NCBI GenBank assembly: GCA_030390025.1
Contig: CM059432.1
Coordinates: forward strand, 120,468,001 to 120,532,000
Origin: Squalus acanthias
Taxonomy: Eukaryota
Length of the DNA stretch: 64,000 nt
Direction of reading: 5' to 3'
Every line of letters begins with the position of its first letter. Positions within the stretch are counted from its first letter, which is position 1. Below are positions 12,341 to 24,781 of the stretch, piece after piece. Below the pieces are notes generated by a model that was given only the letters and a program-made list of their open reading frames with translations, ran no database searches and was not told where the DNA came from. The translations under genes were made by a program, and so were the position numbers.

Positions 12341-12611
12341 TTACCATTCAATGGAGTTGATATTGACTTTTGGGCATCCAACCAGTGGAGTTCGCTGGCC
12401 GCATTTTGTTTACCCCAGTGATCTTTTATTTCAGCAGACCGTCTTCTATTAAGTCGTTTTCAGGTCATTCAGCCATTAACTTCCTCTCTTTGATTACAGT
12501 TGTTTTGCCTCCTCTCTTTTCTCCCTCTATTTTTCCCAGTTACAAAAATGTTTGTTTATCATTAAGGTTTCATTTCTGATGGAATTGAAATATTACCTAG
12601 TCTTTTCACAG

Positions 12612-12666
12612 ACGCTGTATTTTTAACAAGTCTTGGAGATGTCAGCGGCCAAATGAAACAATGAAG
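12612..12666 (+). CDS. Candidate host-gene exon (55 nt, phase 2-0), RCIFNKSWRCQRPNETMK
   Basis: Good acceptor tcttttcacag and donor AAG|gtaatg; only one frame is open; non-repetitive flanks. Confidence 0.45.
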
Positions 12667-13734
12667 GTAATGTCCTTCTGAACGGTTCTCAATCCATTAA
12701 TAACTTCTTAGCAAATAGAACTTATGTCCTATAGGGCAGACCCAGCACTTCCATGTTCCGAGTGTGCTTGAAGCGAGTGTGGGTGAGAGAATCAGGACCA
12801 CAGTATTATAGCCCCATCTCGGGCCCATGCCCCATTTGAACAAGGCTTCCCATTTGGAGTGCAGGGGCACTAAATTTACCCAACTTGTCCATCCTTAAAG
12901 CCATATTGTGAGATGTTCAAGACCATGTGCAACACTCCTTGGCCAGAGTAGCCTTCATCATTCCATGATACCAATCTTATAATATGATTTTATGGGTGAA
13001 AAATTCATCCCCTTAGCGCCTCCCATTAGCTGCAGCAGATGGCGCTAATGGGGCGCTAGTGCAGTATCGCTGGGGTGAGGCGAATCTAGCGCCGCATGCC
13101 AAATCCTACCCCCCCACCACCCGTTGCGCCGCCAGTAAGAGGTATCGCCGGGAACGTCAACGCAAGGTGGATTGTGACGTCAGTGAGTGTGCAATGCACA
13201 CTGACCGCCCGATCTGCTAAATTGATTCTCGCAACTTACCTTAGCGCCTGGAGTAAACACAAAAAGGGAGAGCTGGCGTGAAGCACCAGGAATCTGGCTC
13301 CAGGGAAGTTATTTAAAGGGATCATCAATAATCACTCACAGCTGTCAGGTTTGTGCAGTTTCAGTGGTTTCTTGTCAGTTTCACTGACTGCAACAGTTTC
13401 ATTCAGTAATTTCAAGGTTCTTTTGTATCAGGAGTCTTGTGGCAACTAAAAAGTAGTTGACGTAAGAAAACTACTAGGCACTTGGTCTAAGTGTTAAACA
13501 AAGCTTTAATCAACTGTTTTACAACATTGAGATCTAGTTGTCCTTCATTAGTTCCTGTTAAAGAATGTCCTAAGCAAGCTGGGCCCATGCCCGAGTATTT
13601 ATACTCTCCCTGGACAGCGCCACCAGCAGGCCATCCAGTATTATGTCATAAGTCATTTCCCATGAATGACAAGATTCATGTCAGTAGTTACATTTATTCT
13701 TCAAAGAATCAAATTGCTACACTTGGCAACATTA

Positions 13735-14600
13735 ATGGGGGCTGTACTGGCAGTCAACCTCGCCCTCCAGGAGTTACGGTGGAGGGAGCGGAGGCAGCGA
13801 GAAAGACTGGAACATGTGCCCAGAGGGAGGAGGAGGGTCATCAGGGCTCTCAACAGGAGGCCTTACCCTCCGAGGGTATTCCGAGAGCACGTCTCCTACC
13901 TCCAATTAAGTGAGGAGCAGTGTATTAGAAGGCTCCACTTCACCAAGGAGGTGGTCACAGAACTCTGCCATCTCCTGCAACCAGACCTCGAGCCTCAGAT
14001 CAGGGTGACCACAGCTTTCTCAGTGGCAGTCAAGGTCACAGTCGCCCTCAATTTCTTTGCCAGTGGATCCATCCAGTCTACAAAAGGAGACATAGCTAAT
14101 ATCTCGCAGTTCACCATCCATCGCTGCACCTGAGAGGTCACAGATGCTCTTTACAGTAGGAGGAGGGACTATATTTCCTTCCCCATCACCAGAAAGAAGC
14201 AGGATGAGCATGGATGTGACTTTGCCAGGATAGCGGGTTTCCCCATGGTGCAAGACGCCATTGATTACACCCAAGTGACTTTGCGGGCACTGCATAACAA
14301 TCCTGAGATCTTGCATATCCACAAAGGCTACCACTCACATAATGCGCAGTTGGTGTGCGACCACACACAGCAAATCCTAACCTTCAAAGCCCGCTATCCT
14401 GGCACCAGCCACGATGCCTTAATCCTGCGCCAGACCAGTGTGCCAGCACTCTTCCAGCCACGACATCAAGCTTGCAGCTGGCTGGTCGGAAACAAGGGCT
14501 ATCCGCTCTCCAGCTGGCTCATGACTCCCCTCTGCAACCCCAACACTCCTGCCCAGCACTCATATGAGAGCCATGCTGCCACCAGGATCATCATCAAGCA
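13735..14600 (+). pseudogene. Harbinger transposase (HARBI1-like), in-frame stop at 14131-14133, C-terminus deleted
   Basis: RRPYPPRVFR..LSEEQCIRRLHF..VAVKVTVALNFFASGS..; AIDYTQV..KGYHSHNAQLVCDH..PGTSHDA..GNKGYPL..LMTP. Confidence 0.9.
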
Positions 14601-14709
14601 GGGGCAGGAAGGGAGAAATGTATGCATACAGCATGTTTAGCTGGAAAGTGGAAGACGCTTGTGGGGTGAGGGTGAAGTGGGATGTGAGAAGGAGTAGGGA
14701 TGAACATAC

Positions 14710-15330
14710 CGTTCTTGTCTTCAAGGGGGTCAATGTCACCGGTGGCCACGGCGCCCACCACCTGGCGCCCAATAATCTGCAGCACTTGATTCTCCAGCGC
14801 AGATAGTGGTTGGATGTCAGCTTGTCCCCCGCCTGTGCACTCCTGCTCCTTCCTGTTGTGAGCCACCTTGGCCTGCAAGAGAAAGGAAAGTGTGGAGCAA
14901 TGTGTTTGGGTGATGTGCCTGCCATAGTTGAATAGCTGTCATTGTGTGCAAGGTGTGAGATGTGGGTGTGAGTGTTGGTAGGCAGAGATTGTTGCTGGTT
15001 GAGTGCTGGGTGTGTGGTGTTTTGGCCAGTGTGTGAAGACTGTGGTACAGATGGTGGTATGTAACATTTATTGAAGCATTCACTCACCCTGACCACCCGA
15101 GTGAGATCGTTAAATTTCTTCCTGCACTGTGTGTGGGTCCTGGGGACCACAGTGCTGCCCGGGATGTGTGGTGCTACCTCCTTCCTCATGGTGCAGAAGA
15201 CTTGTGGCGAGGGCCTCCTGCCACTTGTTGGGGAGAGCACCGCCCTCCATCTCTCCACAGCAAAAACCATTGCCTCCAATGCTTCATTGCAGAATCTGCA
15301 GGCTCTCTCCCTGGAGCATGGATCTGCCAT
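14710..15330 (-). pseudogene. Harbinger Myb/SANT-like (NAIF1/MSANTD-type) gene; exon 1 15330-15088, exon 2 14872-14710
   Basis: RACRFCNEALEAMVFAV..QCRKKFNDL; canonical splice sites AGG|gtgagt, ttgcag|GCCAAG and ACG|gtatgt; exon 2 reads AKVAHNRKEQECTGGG. Confidence 0.8.
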
Positions 15331-15547
15331 GAGAACACCTGGTTCAGCCCTCCGGCTCCTTCTCCTTTTTCTGCTTTTGCTTGCTGAGGCAGCTGAACAG
15401 CCAGAAATGCTGAGAATGAGGTGCTGGAGCATCAATGAACCTCCCCTTTAAGTAGTGAAAAAAGCCTGTGGCAATCATGACTTGCGATTAGACTGCACCT
15501 GATATTGGTCCACCTTTGAGTGTAAGGCCAATGAGCTTGGGTTTTAA

Positions 15548-16337
15548 GGAGGAGAATTTCCCCTCAAGCCCAGTTTGGGACGCTAAATCAGAAAAGCTGG
15601 AAAAGTTAGCAGCAGGCGCTAACCTCTTCCAGCCTCTCTGAAATTCCCATATTTTGCTCCGAGAGGGAAGTGGAACGTTAAATCAAGTGTTCCACTTCCT
15701 TCTTGGAGCGCAAGAGGAGGGGAAGTTCATTACCCGGGGCGCAGCCGGGGCGATGTGCTCAGCAGCGCCATGAGTGGCCAAACGTGGCGCTGCCACATTG
15801 CAGGGGCTCTTCACTGAATTAAAGGGGAGGGCCCCATGCTGTGAACTCTGCTGTTTTTTAAAACTTACCTGGACCACTGGGGAGTGGGGGAGCCACATGA
15901 TCAGCCCGGCACTCAAGCAGAGTGCCGTGCTGACCGATCGCAGCATGGACCCCGCGTCCGGAGGCGCAAAAAAAAAAGTTTTTAAAAATCTGACTTTTTT
16001 TCCGGGCGGCCGGCCATCTCACCTTTAACTTCCGCCCCATTAGCGGCTGGCCACCCTGCTCGTGTCCCCTGCAGCAGTCACTGCCATCGCCCGGCGCTGC
16101 TGCAGGGGGGCGAAGGGGAATTTTTGTGCCGGGGCGCTACCAGAGCGATGCACCCAGAGATGACATCACGATCTCCAAGCGCATGAGATTGGGGCACAAC
16201 CTGGTAGCGCCGCTGCGAACCTCCCACGGAATTTGGCGGGAGGCACGGTCATCGCCACGCCGGGGCGAATAGTCCTTTGCGCCCCATTAGCTCCCTCCCC
16301 TGCCACGGGAGGCGCAAAGGAGGGGAATTTCTCCCCC
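15548..16337. mobile_element. GC-rich MITE related to the 7424-8196 family
   Basis: TIRs ggaggagaatttcccctc / gaggggaatttctccccc; shared internal motifs ttaaaggggagg and ccggcactcaag..gagtgccg. No clear TSD. Confidence 0.7.
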
Positions 16338-18544
16338 ATGACTTGAATTAGGACTCCAATCATTTTTTCAGCAGTGAGCACGAATTTTGTGTGCAGTCTA
16401 AAGCATTAGCGCCTGGCGCTAATTCTCCAACTTTTCTACTGATATTCCTTAGCTATAATGAATTTCTAGCCCATATCACTAGCATAGAATTTGGCAATTA
16501 ATAGTTTCACTTCTCCAATTATTCTTTGTCTACTAATTTATTCCTGAATCTTGGGGTGTCTTAAAGTTTCTCCTTATTCCCTCTTGTATATTCCTCCTGT
16601 TTTGTTTTTCTTTTTGGCACTTAGATTTTTTTTCTGTTGTGATTCAAAAATGTATCCGCGCTTTGAATTTTCAAGCCTATATTTCTCTTCAAGACCTCTT
16701 TTGCTTTTGGTCTCAGGCTCTCTTGCTTAATGTTAATTGCAGGCTGCCACCATCTCTCTATTTAGTTTATGTTTTACTGGCTCTGATGTGTAATCAACCA
16801 ATCAAATCCACATGGCAAATATGATCATACTGGATTCAGAAATGAGATAACACTAGGTGCTTCGATTTTTGTGCTGATATTGAGGAGGTTTGCAGAGTAA
16901 GTCTAGAGAGTATGGCCTAAAGAGTCGAGATCGCTAAAAACCTGCTGGTGCCATCGCGGGCTGGAGGTAACGGCTGCCGAAATTGATGGCGCTGGCAGAA
17001 CCGGGATATTCGTGGTGGTTGCTAATTAAAATTAGCCCAGCGCCTAAGTTCCCTGCAATTTTTTTGGCCCTGCGCAGCCCCTTTAAGGGGCTGCGTGGGT
17101 CATTCAAAATACCGTGCAAGCGCAGTTTTTACTTTGAAATGCCGGCAAGCCGACTGCGCGGGTTCCCTGGAGCAGTGCGCGGCCGCGCACCTTACAGGGA
17201 ACACTGCGCAGCGCTAAACTCACCGTGCAAGGCCGTTTTTGTGGCGTAAGTCCTGGCAGGAGGCCCAATGTAGCATGGTTGTTACATCATTGCAGCAAGA
17301 GCAGCCTTCTTTTAAAGCAAGGCTGTCATTACAGAAAGCAGCGCAGTCCCTAAAAGGGGAACTGCCTTCTGAAATAAAAAAAAATAAAAACCTTTTAAAA
17401 ATAGGCAGTTTATAGCCCGTACAGCTCAACTACCTTCTGAACAAAAAGAACATGAAAAAGAATTCCTAAATGGGAGTCTTCAGCTCTTAAAGCTGAATTG
17501 CCTTCGGCACCTAAAAAAAATGGGAAAAGTGCTTCAGCACTAACATAACACTGCAAGAGAGGTCCTCTACCCACAGGGGCCAGGAGGCCCTCCAGAAAGA
17601 TAGATGTGGACAAGATCACCAAGGCAGTAACTGCCAACAGTGTTGCCCCCATCACTTGACTCCAGTCCCCAAAAAAGCTTCATGTCCTCAGACCAGTGAT
17701 CAAGGTCAGTGAATGCATCTTCCAAAGCCTTCTCCTACCAACTACAATACTAGCCTCACACACTTCTTAATGCATGACCCCACCCCCCCATCACTTACCT
17801 ACCAACAATCCCTACCAAACATGAGGCACACCTCCCTTGCTTCACCTCACACCCTTGGAGGAGACGGTGCAGGCCATTCTCGGCAGGGGCATGGCTGAGC
17901 CCTTGGCCAGTGGCGGGGCTGAAACGATACAAGATGCTGGTATCCTCATATGTTATCCTCCTTGTCGCATGCACCTCTAGCTTTCCTGCCCTCCCCTCAC
18001 CAAACTCCACCTTTGTGCCTTCCTCATTTCACACAGCCAAGAAATCCAGCCTGCCCAGTCATTGGTTGACCAAGAAGAGGGAGAGGAGAGTGAAGAAGAA
18101 GAAAAAACACCGTCACTCGATTTCACACTCCCAGCCACCAGCTCCTCAAGGTCGACCAGTAAGGCCATTTGCAGTGTCCCCCACTGAAAGTCAGCAGACT
18201 TCCACCAGCCATGCTGCAGCCACTGGGGTAGCACTGTGTGGCATCAGTAGGATAGGCAAAGGCACACACAAGACAGTCACTAAGGGAATGCATACGGGTG
18301 ATGAGTTGATTTCTTGATGTCATATTTGATGGATAGATGTATAAAGTTGGATTGGAAAGTTTTATTTGTGGTGGCTTTTATTTCAGCATTGTGGTCAAGA
18401 GGACTCTGTGATGGTCAGTAACAGAGGGAAGGTAAGGTGTGGGACAAATGTTGAAAGGAGAATTGGGGTTATGGTCACTGGTACCGCAGGTGGATCATTC
18501 CATCCCGGATATCTCGGGCAGAAAGAGGCTGTCTGGGTTGCATT

Positions 18545-18690
18545 CTTCCTTCCGCTTCCTCCTCTTCCGCTTCCTCCTCTTCTGCTTCCTTCTCTTCTGC
18601 TTCCTCCTCTTCTGCTTCCTCCTCTTCTGCTTCTTCCTTTTCTGCTTCTTCCGCTTTTGCATATTCCTTTTCTGCGTCTTCTCTTCCCTC
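18545..18690. repeat. Pyrimidine microsatellite (about 15-bp units, cttcctcctcttctg)
   Basis: Directly visible tandem units. Confidence 0.9.
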
Positions 18691-18696
18691 TGCAAG

Positions 18697-18838
18697 TGGA
18701 TGCTGGAAATCTGAAATAAAAGCATAAAATTCTGAAAATACCCAGCAGGTCAGGCAGCATCTCGACCGGAGACGTGAACTCTATTTCTCTCTCCACGCAT
18801 GCTGCCTGATCTGCTGAGTGTTTCCTGCATTTTCTGTC
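18697..18838. mobile_element. Head-to-head inverted Penelope pseudo-LTR fragment
   Basis: Left arm (gatgctggaaatctgaaataa..cagcaggtcaggcagcat) and right arm (atgctgcctgatctgctgag..cattttctg) are reverse complements; both match the PLE terminus at 575-640 and 49940-50030. Confidence 0.7.
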
Positions 18839-19557
18839 TTCTCAGAGACCTTCCTTTACCATGCAAGGCCTTGCAAGTGTCCAGCAGCACTCCCTGCCCT
18901 CCCTGCACACTTTAAACTTTTTTAACATGTATTGCACCATGCCACTACTTCAATAAAATCAAATAAATCCAGTCCAAAAGCTTAAATGCCAACTTACCTA
19001 AAAGATGTTTGTGTCTCTTTAAGAAGTGCTGACAGCATTTCTGTCAGTCTGCTGCACGCTCACTTTTCAGAGTAAGCTTAGGACCCAGCGCTAAGGTCCA
19101 AGTTCGCAGAGCATGATGTTAAATCGGCGTTGCACGCCGACTGACATCACCCTCTCCATATTTGCATCTCCAGGGCCAGCGTTGATATTGGCAGCACTAA
19201 GACTCTCACCACTGGCGACCGCTGGTCCCGTGCCAGAGAAGAGCGTTAGAGGTGCGGCCGCCATTTTTTTCCAGGGTTGCGGCGGTAACTCATGGCGGAA
19301 AGTATTCCAATTTCTGGGCCTATATCTGACAACCTTGAAAGCGCAGCCTTGCTAAAAGCAAATGCTTGCTTTACTATTTATTTTGTAAGTTCTCCTTTTA
19401 TTTTTTTTTCCATCTTTTATGCTTCATTAACATACTCTTTCTGCCTCTCTGTTTCCTATATTTTGTTTTACTGTTCCTGAATAGAATAATCTAAAAAGAT
19501 TCTCTTTTTTAGCAATGTGCTGATTCAGTTGTTTATATCTAGTTGCTAAAATAAAAA

Positions 19558-19912
19558 TATGATAAAAGGGTTTGATAGGGTAGATACAGAGAACCTATTT
19601 GCTCTGGTGGGGGACTTCTGGACAAGAGGACATAATTTTAAAATTAGAGCCAGGCTATTTAGGAGTGAAATCAAGAAGCAGGTTTTCACACAGAGGGTAG
19701 TCAAAATCTGGAACTCTTTCTCTCTCAAAGGACTGTGGATGCTGAGTCAATTGAAATTTTCAAGATTGAGGTCAATAAATGCTTGTTAGGTAAGGGTATC
19801 AAGGGATGTGCATCAAAGGCGGGAAAATGGAGTTGAGGTACAGATCAGCCATTATCTAATTGAATGATGGAACAGACTCGAGGGGCTGAATGGCCTACTT
19901 CTGTTCCTATGT
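19558..19912 (+). mobile_element. CR1 3' fragment
   Basis: KGFDRVD..TRGHNFKIRAR..FTQRVVKIWNS; tail ggcctacttctgttcctatgt. Confidence 0.8.
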
Positions 19913-21099
19913 AAACTACTTGGATCTCAGAGCCTTATTTGAAGCATTTCTTGTTAGCCAGTCTCAAGTCTTTCTAACTTTCTAACTAATCTGTTTTATA
20001 GATGTCCCTTTCAAGCAATTCTGATATTTTCTTTTCCTTTCTGACAGCTGTTGACTGGGTCACAAATTTTCTGTGTTCTGTAGTTTTCAGTGGCCGTTTG
20101 CAAGCTTTCTGAGCTCCCACACCGACATCTTATTCTCCTAACATGCTGTAACTGGCCTATGCCCTTCTCCCTTGAAGCGGATTTCACTGGAATACTGCCA
20201 GTGTTTAATAAATTTCTGCTTTAACGTTCCACAAGGCTGCTTCTTTTCATTCTCTCCGATTCTGCCTTCCTCTCCGAGGCCTGCAAGAGAGTTTCTATTT
20301 TCTGTAAACTTAAACAGGCCACCTACATCTTCTTTGTACTACTACCCTTCTGGATAGTATCTTGAGGATTCTGGCCATCTCTCAAGTATTGGAACTCCAG
20401 TCCATGATGTTTGAGTCAGAGCTTTAAACTCTGCACCCGACTGGTTCCCAGCACCCGATACTTTTACAAGGTGTTTCTCCTGTCTACTCAACCATGTGCA
20501 ACTGTGATCTGTGAAAAATCAGCATAATGTTACCTTCCTTACTGATACAGTCAGTGCAAAGTGGAAAGGGAATCTATTTTTTAAAAGTTCAGTGCATGTA
20601 CTGAATTTTATGCTTTTGTCAAAGATTATCCACCAACTTTGCTGCTGCATCTGGACGACCAAGTATGCAGGAGCTATGTTGCAGAGGACCGGTAACCACA
20701 GGAGGGGAGTAGGATGCAATGTGCCTGATGCAAGACCCACAGTAGCATGCAGTGAACAGCCATCAACTAGATTCACAAAACAGTCATTATAAATATCCCC
20801 TTGAGCATCCATGCCATCAAATACCAAGCACAGATGCACAATATTCTCTGTTTGATTTTGAACTACTGGACAATTCCTAGGAGTAAGATTTCCTTCATTC
20901 CCACATGGATGGTTAGATGTTTCCTTGGTTAGAGAACAGCAATGATAGACTCCTGGGAGCTGTTTGGTTACCTCCTTTGTTGGTAAGGTACAAGGTAAGG
21001 GAATACCTTGAAAAGGGCAAATCGAAAATTTCTTTGCAAAAAATCGTTCAAAACGTAGCATCAAACAGATTCAGACAGGCAACGTAACGTTAAACTTTA

Positions 21100-21739
21100 C
21101 GGGCTGATTTTAACTCCCGGCTGGGAGACGTGCGGGCGGAGGCCGAGGTGGATGGCAAACCATCCAGCCTTCCACAGCGTGAGGCCTAGGAGCTTTAAAC
21201 TCCCGGGCCTCAGCTGCAGTTTCCCGCCCTAGTGGAAAGCGTTAGCTGGCCAGTGGGTGGGTGTGGGATTTTAACAAGAGGAGGCCGCCGCTAGGGACCT
21301 GATGGAATGGTCCCCGGCACTCAGGTAAGTGGTTGGGAGAGAGGGTCGGGAATCGGCGTAGGAGAGAGATGCCTGGGGCAGGGAAGGCCCAAGGTTTCCT
21401 TGTGGGGCCCAGAGGAGCAGGAGTGATCCTTTGGCCCACAAGGAAACAGCAATTTTTTTTAATCCTACCTTTCTGAGCCTCTTCTGGCCCCGGCACCTCT
21501 TGCAGCTGGGTTGGCCTGACAGGGAAGCTACAATAGCTTCTCCCCGCAGGCCTCAGTTAAAATTGCAGTCAGACCTGAGTCATTGGATCCCGATCTGCAT
21601 ATCGAAAGGAGGACCCCACTGCCTTCTGGTGGGTGTCCCCCTCGCCTGCTCAAAAGAGCAGGTTAGGATTACAAGCCGCGGGAAAACAGCAGCATATAAG
21701 TCACTGCAACCATTTCAACTGCCCGTTAAATTCGTCCCT
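21100..21739. mobile_element. Harbinger-type MITE (about 640 bp)
   Basis: Imperfect TIRs gggctgattttaac / gttaaattcgtccc; left end resembles the Harbinger end at 56947-57060. Confidence 0.6.
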
Positions 21740-22809
21740 CTAATGTTTACTTTCAGAAAGATTTCGGGTTTTGTAGCCTATTATAAAGGAAATAAATGTT
21801 TCTTTAAGGCTTATTGTTTGGTGTGAATTTGATGGGTTTTAGTTGAGGTGATTTAAAACTCTAAACCAAAGCCAATTTCTGTAACCCTGATTGAATGTAA
21901 TTATTTCTCAGATTCTCAGAATAAAAAATAGTCAGAAGCTCAATTGTTCAAATCTTGTCACGGCTGTACAATCACTTCATCTTCATATTTATCACTGCAG
22001 TAATTGATGCAGGTTTTTCCTCTGCTTTCATTTATCTGTCTTTTCATTCTTATAATTTCTAAAGCTGAGTAGTTGGTATTAACGCACTTTTAGTGTGCGG
22101 CTGAAGTCATTTATGGATAATTCACAAGGAAAATGAAATGCTGCCAGGCCTCATTTTAATTTCCACATATTATGATCCCTCAGCACAATACTCATATGCT
22201 GGGAACAGAGGAACAGGAAGGAGTAGGCCATTCCGGCCCTCTCGCCTGTTCCACCAGGGAATGTTATCTTATGGCTGGTCTGTGTTTGTGGAGAATGGAA
22301 CAGTAAGGGGTATCCTTTGCAACTTAGCACTGCCAGCAACTGGCAGATATCTAACTAAGTAATGTGATATTTTCACACCTGGGCAGATTCACAGATGTGG
22401 TCAGGAGATTGTTCTGTTAGGGGTGTGGGGTAAATAAAAATGCTGTATGTAGAGAATTTACTTTAGACTGGAGAGATGACTACTATCCTGTTTATATCTT
22501 TGTCAAGGAACAAAAAGCCAGAATTTTCTGAACCAGGGCGGGTCGGGTGCAGCCGGTCGCCGTGGCGGGACACAACTCCGTTCTTGCTTCCATCCCTCTG
22601 CAGAAATCGGCTTTGCATTAATGGAGCCTATTAAGGCTGCCCTGCGCGTTACCTGGCCCAATTAAATGGGGCGGGTCTGATGACGTCATTGATGACGCAT
22701 TTTCAGCTGGGATATTTAAAGGAGCCAAGGCCACATTGCGTTTGAAGGTTCATCTAGGAGAGTGCAGTCACTCTATTGTACCATTGGAGTGTTCCAAACA
22801 CAAGTAAAC

Positions 22810-24636
22810 ATGATTGCACAGAGGCAGAGGGCTGCACCCAAATTCTCAGATGAATCCCTCCATATGCTTGTGGAGGGAGTCAGAGCATGCAGGGAGGTCC
22901 TCTCCCCTTCAAATGTGCGGAAGAGACCTCCCCAGGAGACCAAAAGTGCTTGGCTCCAAATTGCAGACGAGGTCAACAGCCTGGATGTGCTCAGGAGGAC
23001 CTGGGTACAATGCCGGAAATGTTTCAATGAACTCATTAGATCAGGAAAGATGAGTGCAAAGCCACACTCAACTTCATCCTGCTCTCATCACATCCCCATC
23101 ACTCTGAATTCCCATCCTTACTCACACCAACATACCTTGCACCTGCACCCATCCCTCTCTCTCTATCTATATTATCACATCCCCATCTTACTAGCCATCC
23201 CTCACACTCACCCTCATCCTAATGCAATCATACCAACTAACAACACACAAGGAGGCCACTTGGCATTGCCACCCCACTCCATCATAGTCTCCCTCTAAAG
23301 ATGTAACCCATCCATTCCTTACACTCATTCCATCACTCTCACTCAACCTTCTCTTCTTTACCTTCTTGCAGGAAAAGAGAGCCCACAATAAGAGGGAGAG
23401 GGATAGAACTGGAGGTGGCCCTCCATCATTGTCCACCCTCACAACAGCAGAAGAAGCTGTGTTAGATGTATCGGGAGTCGCCGAGCAGTTGGAGGTGGGA
23501 GACGGAGAGAGGGGGGCATCTCAGCAACCTGGTGAAAGAATTACAAAGCATACAGCTACATGGCATACATCAGTCACTCATATGGGGAGTGATGTCAGCA
23601 GCCACTGAATGGTCATCATGTGCATAATACCCATTCTTCATATGACATATCTAACGCATCTCTTTTCTCTCCTACAAGTCCATTAAGAGCTCCCCCCACC
23701 GTCCAGGAGGAAGAAGAAAATGACTCCTCAGAGGAGTCTCCAGCCTCTGAGGGTGCACCGTCACCAGACATGAGCACACCCAGCACCAGCGCAGAGACGC
23801 ACACCTCGGTGGGTCCCACATGAGAGAGAGTACTGTTGTCACCTGGTGTGTCACAACTTACAAGTGAGCAAGAGGAGATGGTGGAGACAGGGACAGCAGT
23901 GGAGACTCCTCACCGGAGGGCACAGGACGCTCCCAGCTCTGCTCAGCTGCATGCAGGCGCTGAGCCTCGGGGGCCATCTAGAAAGAGGGCGATCCTGGAG
24001 GGGCAGCAAGAAGTGCAGGGGGCTCTGACAGGTTTTGCGAGCGCGTTGTCTGCAAATGTTCAGAGAATGGAGGAGTCCATCTCCAACATAAGCACCACCG
24101 TGTCGCAGGCAATGGTGACTGTAGGCTGTTCCGTGGATAGGATGGCCAGCTACATGGAGCAGCTAATACACCACTCACATGAGCACATGCTATCTATGGA
24201 GAATAGATGGCAGAGGCTCATAGACCTCCACTTTAGGAGGGATGTCAGCGGAGACTTGGGTCCTCATGGCCCAACTGCTGTGCAGAAAGGTGCTCTCCAG
24301 CTCATTGCTAGCAGGGAAGTGCAGGTGGCCCATGAGAGGGATGATGGTGAGAGGGGACATGGAAGTGTGGGCTCCTCTCACAGTGCTTACACTTCCCCCC
24401 TGTCGGCACCCGCTCAGTCACAGCCTCAGATGCCTCCTCAGTCAGCAATGGCCGAGTCTGTCTTTGCACAGTCACAGGAGGAGCAGAATTTGGTGGGGCC
24501 ATCAGAGGCTACAAAACCCAGAGGACGTCCGCCAAGAATGTCCAAGCAGTCGCAGCAGGCTGCCTCTACATCTGCTGAAACCACAGCGGTAGCACCTCAT
24601 AGAAGCATGCTTAAGAGAAAGATGACACACAAGTAG
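22810..24636 (+). pseudogene. Three-exon Harbinger Myb/SANT-like gene (exons 22810-23049, 23372-23531, 23678-24636)
   Basis: RAAPKFSDESLHMLVEGV..AWLQIADEV..RTWVQCRKCFNEL; exon 2 EKRAHNKRERDRTGGG; the first donor is mutated (atgagt), the second acceptor is mutated (tacaa), and there is an in-frame TGA at 23821-23823. Confidence 0.8.
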
Positions 24637-24781
24637 ATTCACAAGGGTAGCCACTTGAGTGTTTTATTCAATGTTAATGTCAAATTTCCATTAATTTGAA
24701 CTCTACCATAAAAATATTTATTTTCACCACTTTCCGGTCTTGGACAAATTTGCGTGCACCTTTGGAAGTGGCTTTTTAAAA

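Larger units (their letters stand above)
12994..16472. mobile_element. PIF/Harbinger transposon, internally deleted, with convergent transposase and Myb genes
   Basis: TIRs gggtgaaaaattcat / atgaatttctagccc; transposase on +, Myb/SANT on -; MITE nested at 15548-16337. Confidence 0.8.
16914..19320. mobile_element. Deleted Harbinger derivative (Myb remnants on +, transposase C-terminus on -)
   Basis: Ends ggcctaaa / ttctgggcc flanked by TAT/TAT; the minus strand at about 18477-18545 encodes QPLSARDIRDGMIHLRYQ*, like other transposase C-termini here. Confidence 0.6.

Noticed and set aside
13666..14640. Domesticated HARBI1/NAIF1 host genes
   Set aside because: All copies have stops, frameshifts or deletions and lie inside TIR-bounded elements.
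18395..18796. Protamine-like Arg/Lys-rich or Leu/Pro-rich ORFs
   Set aside because: Translations of a microsatellite.
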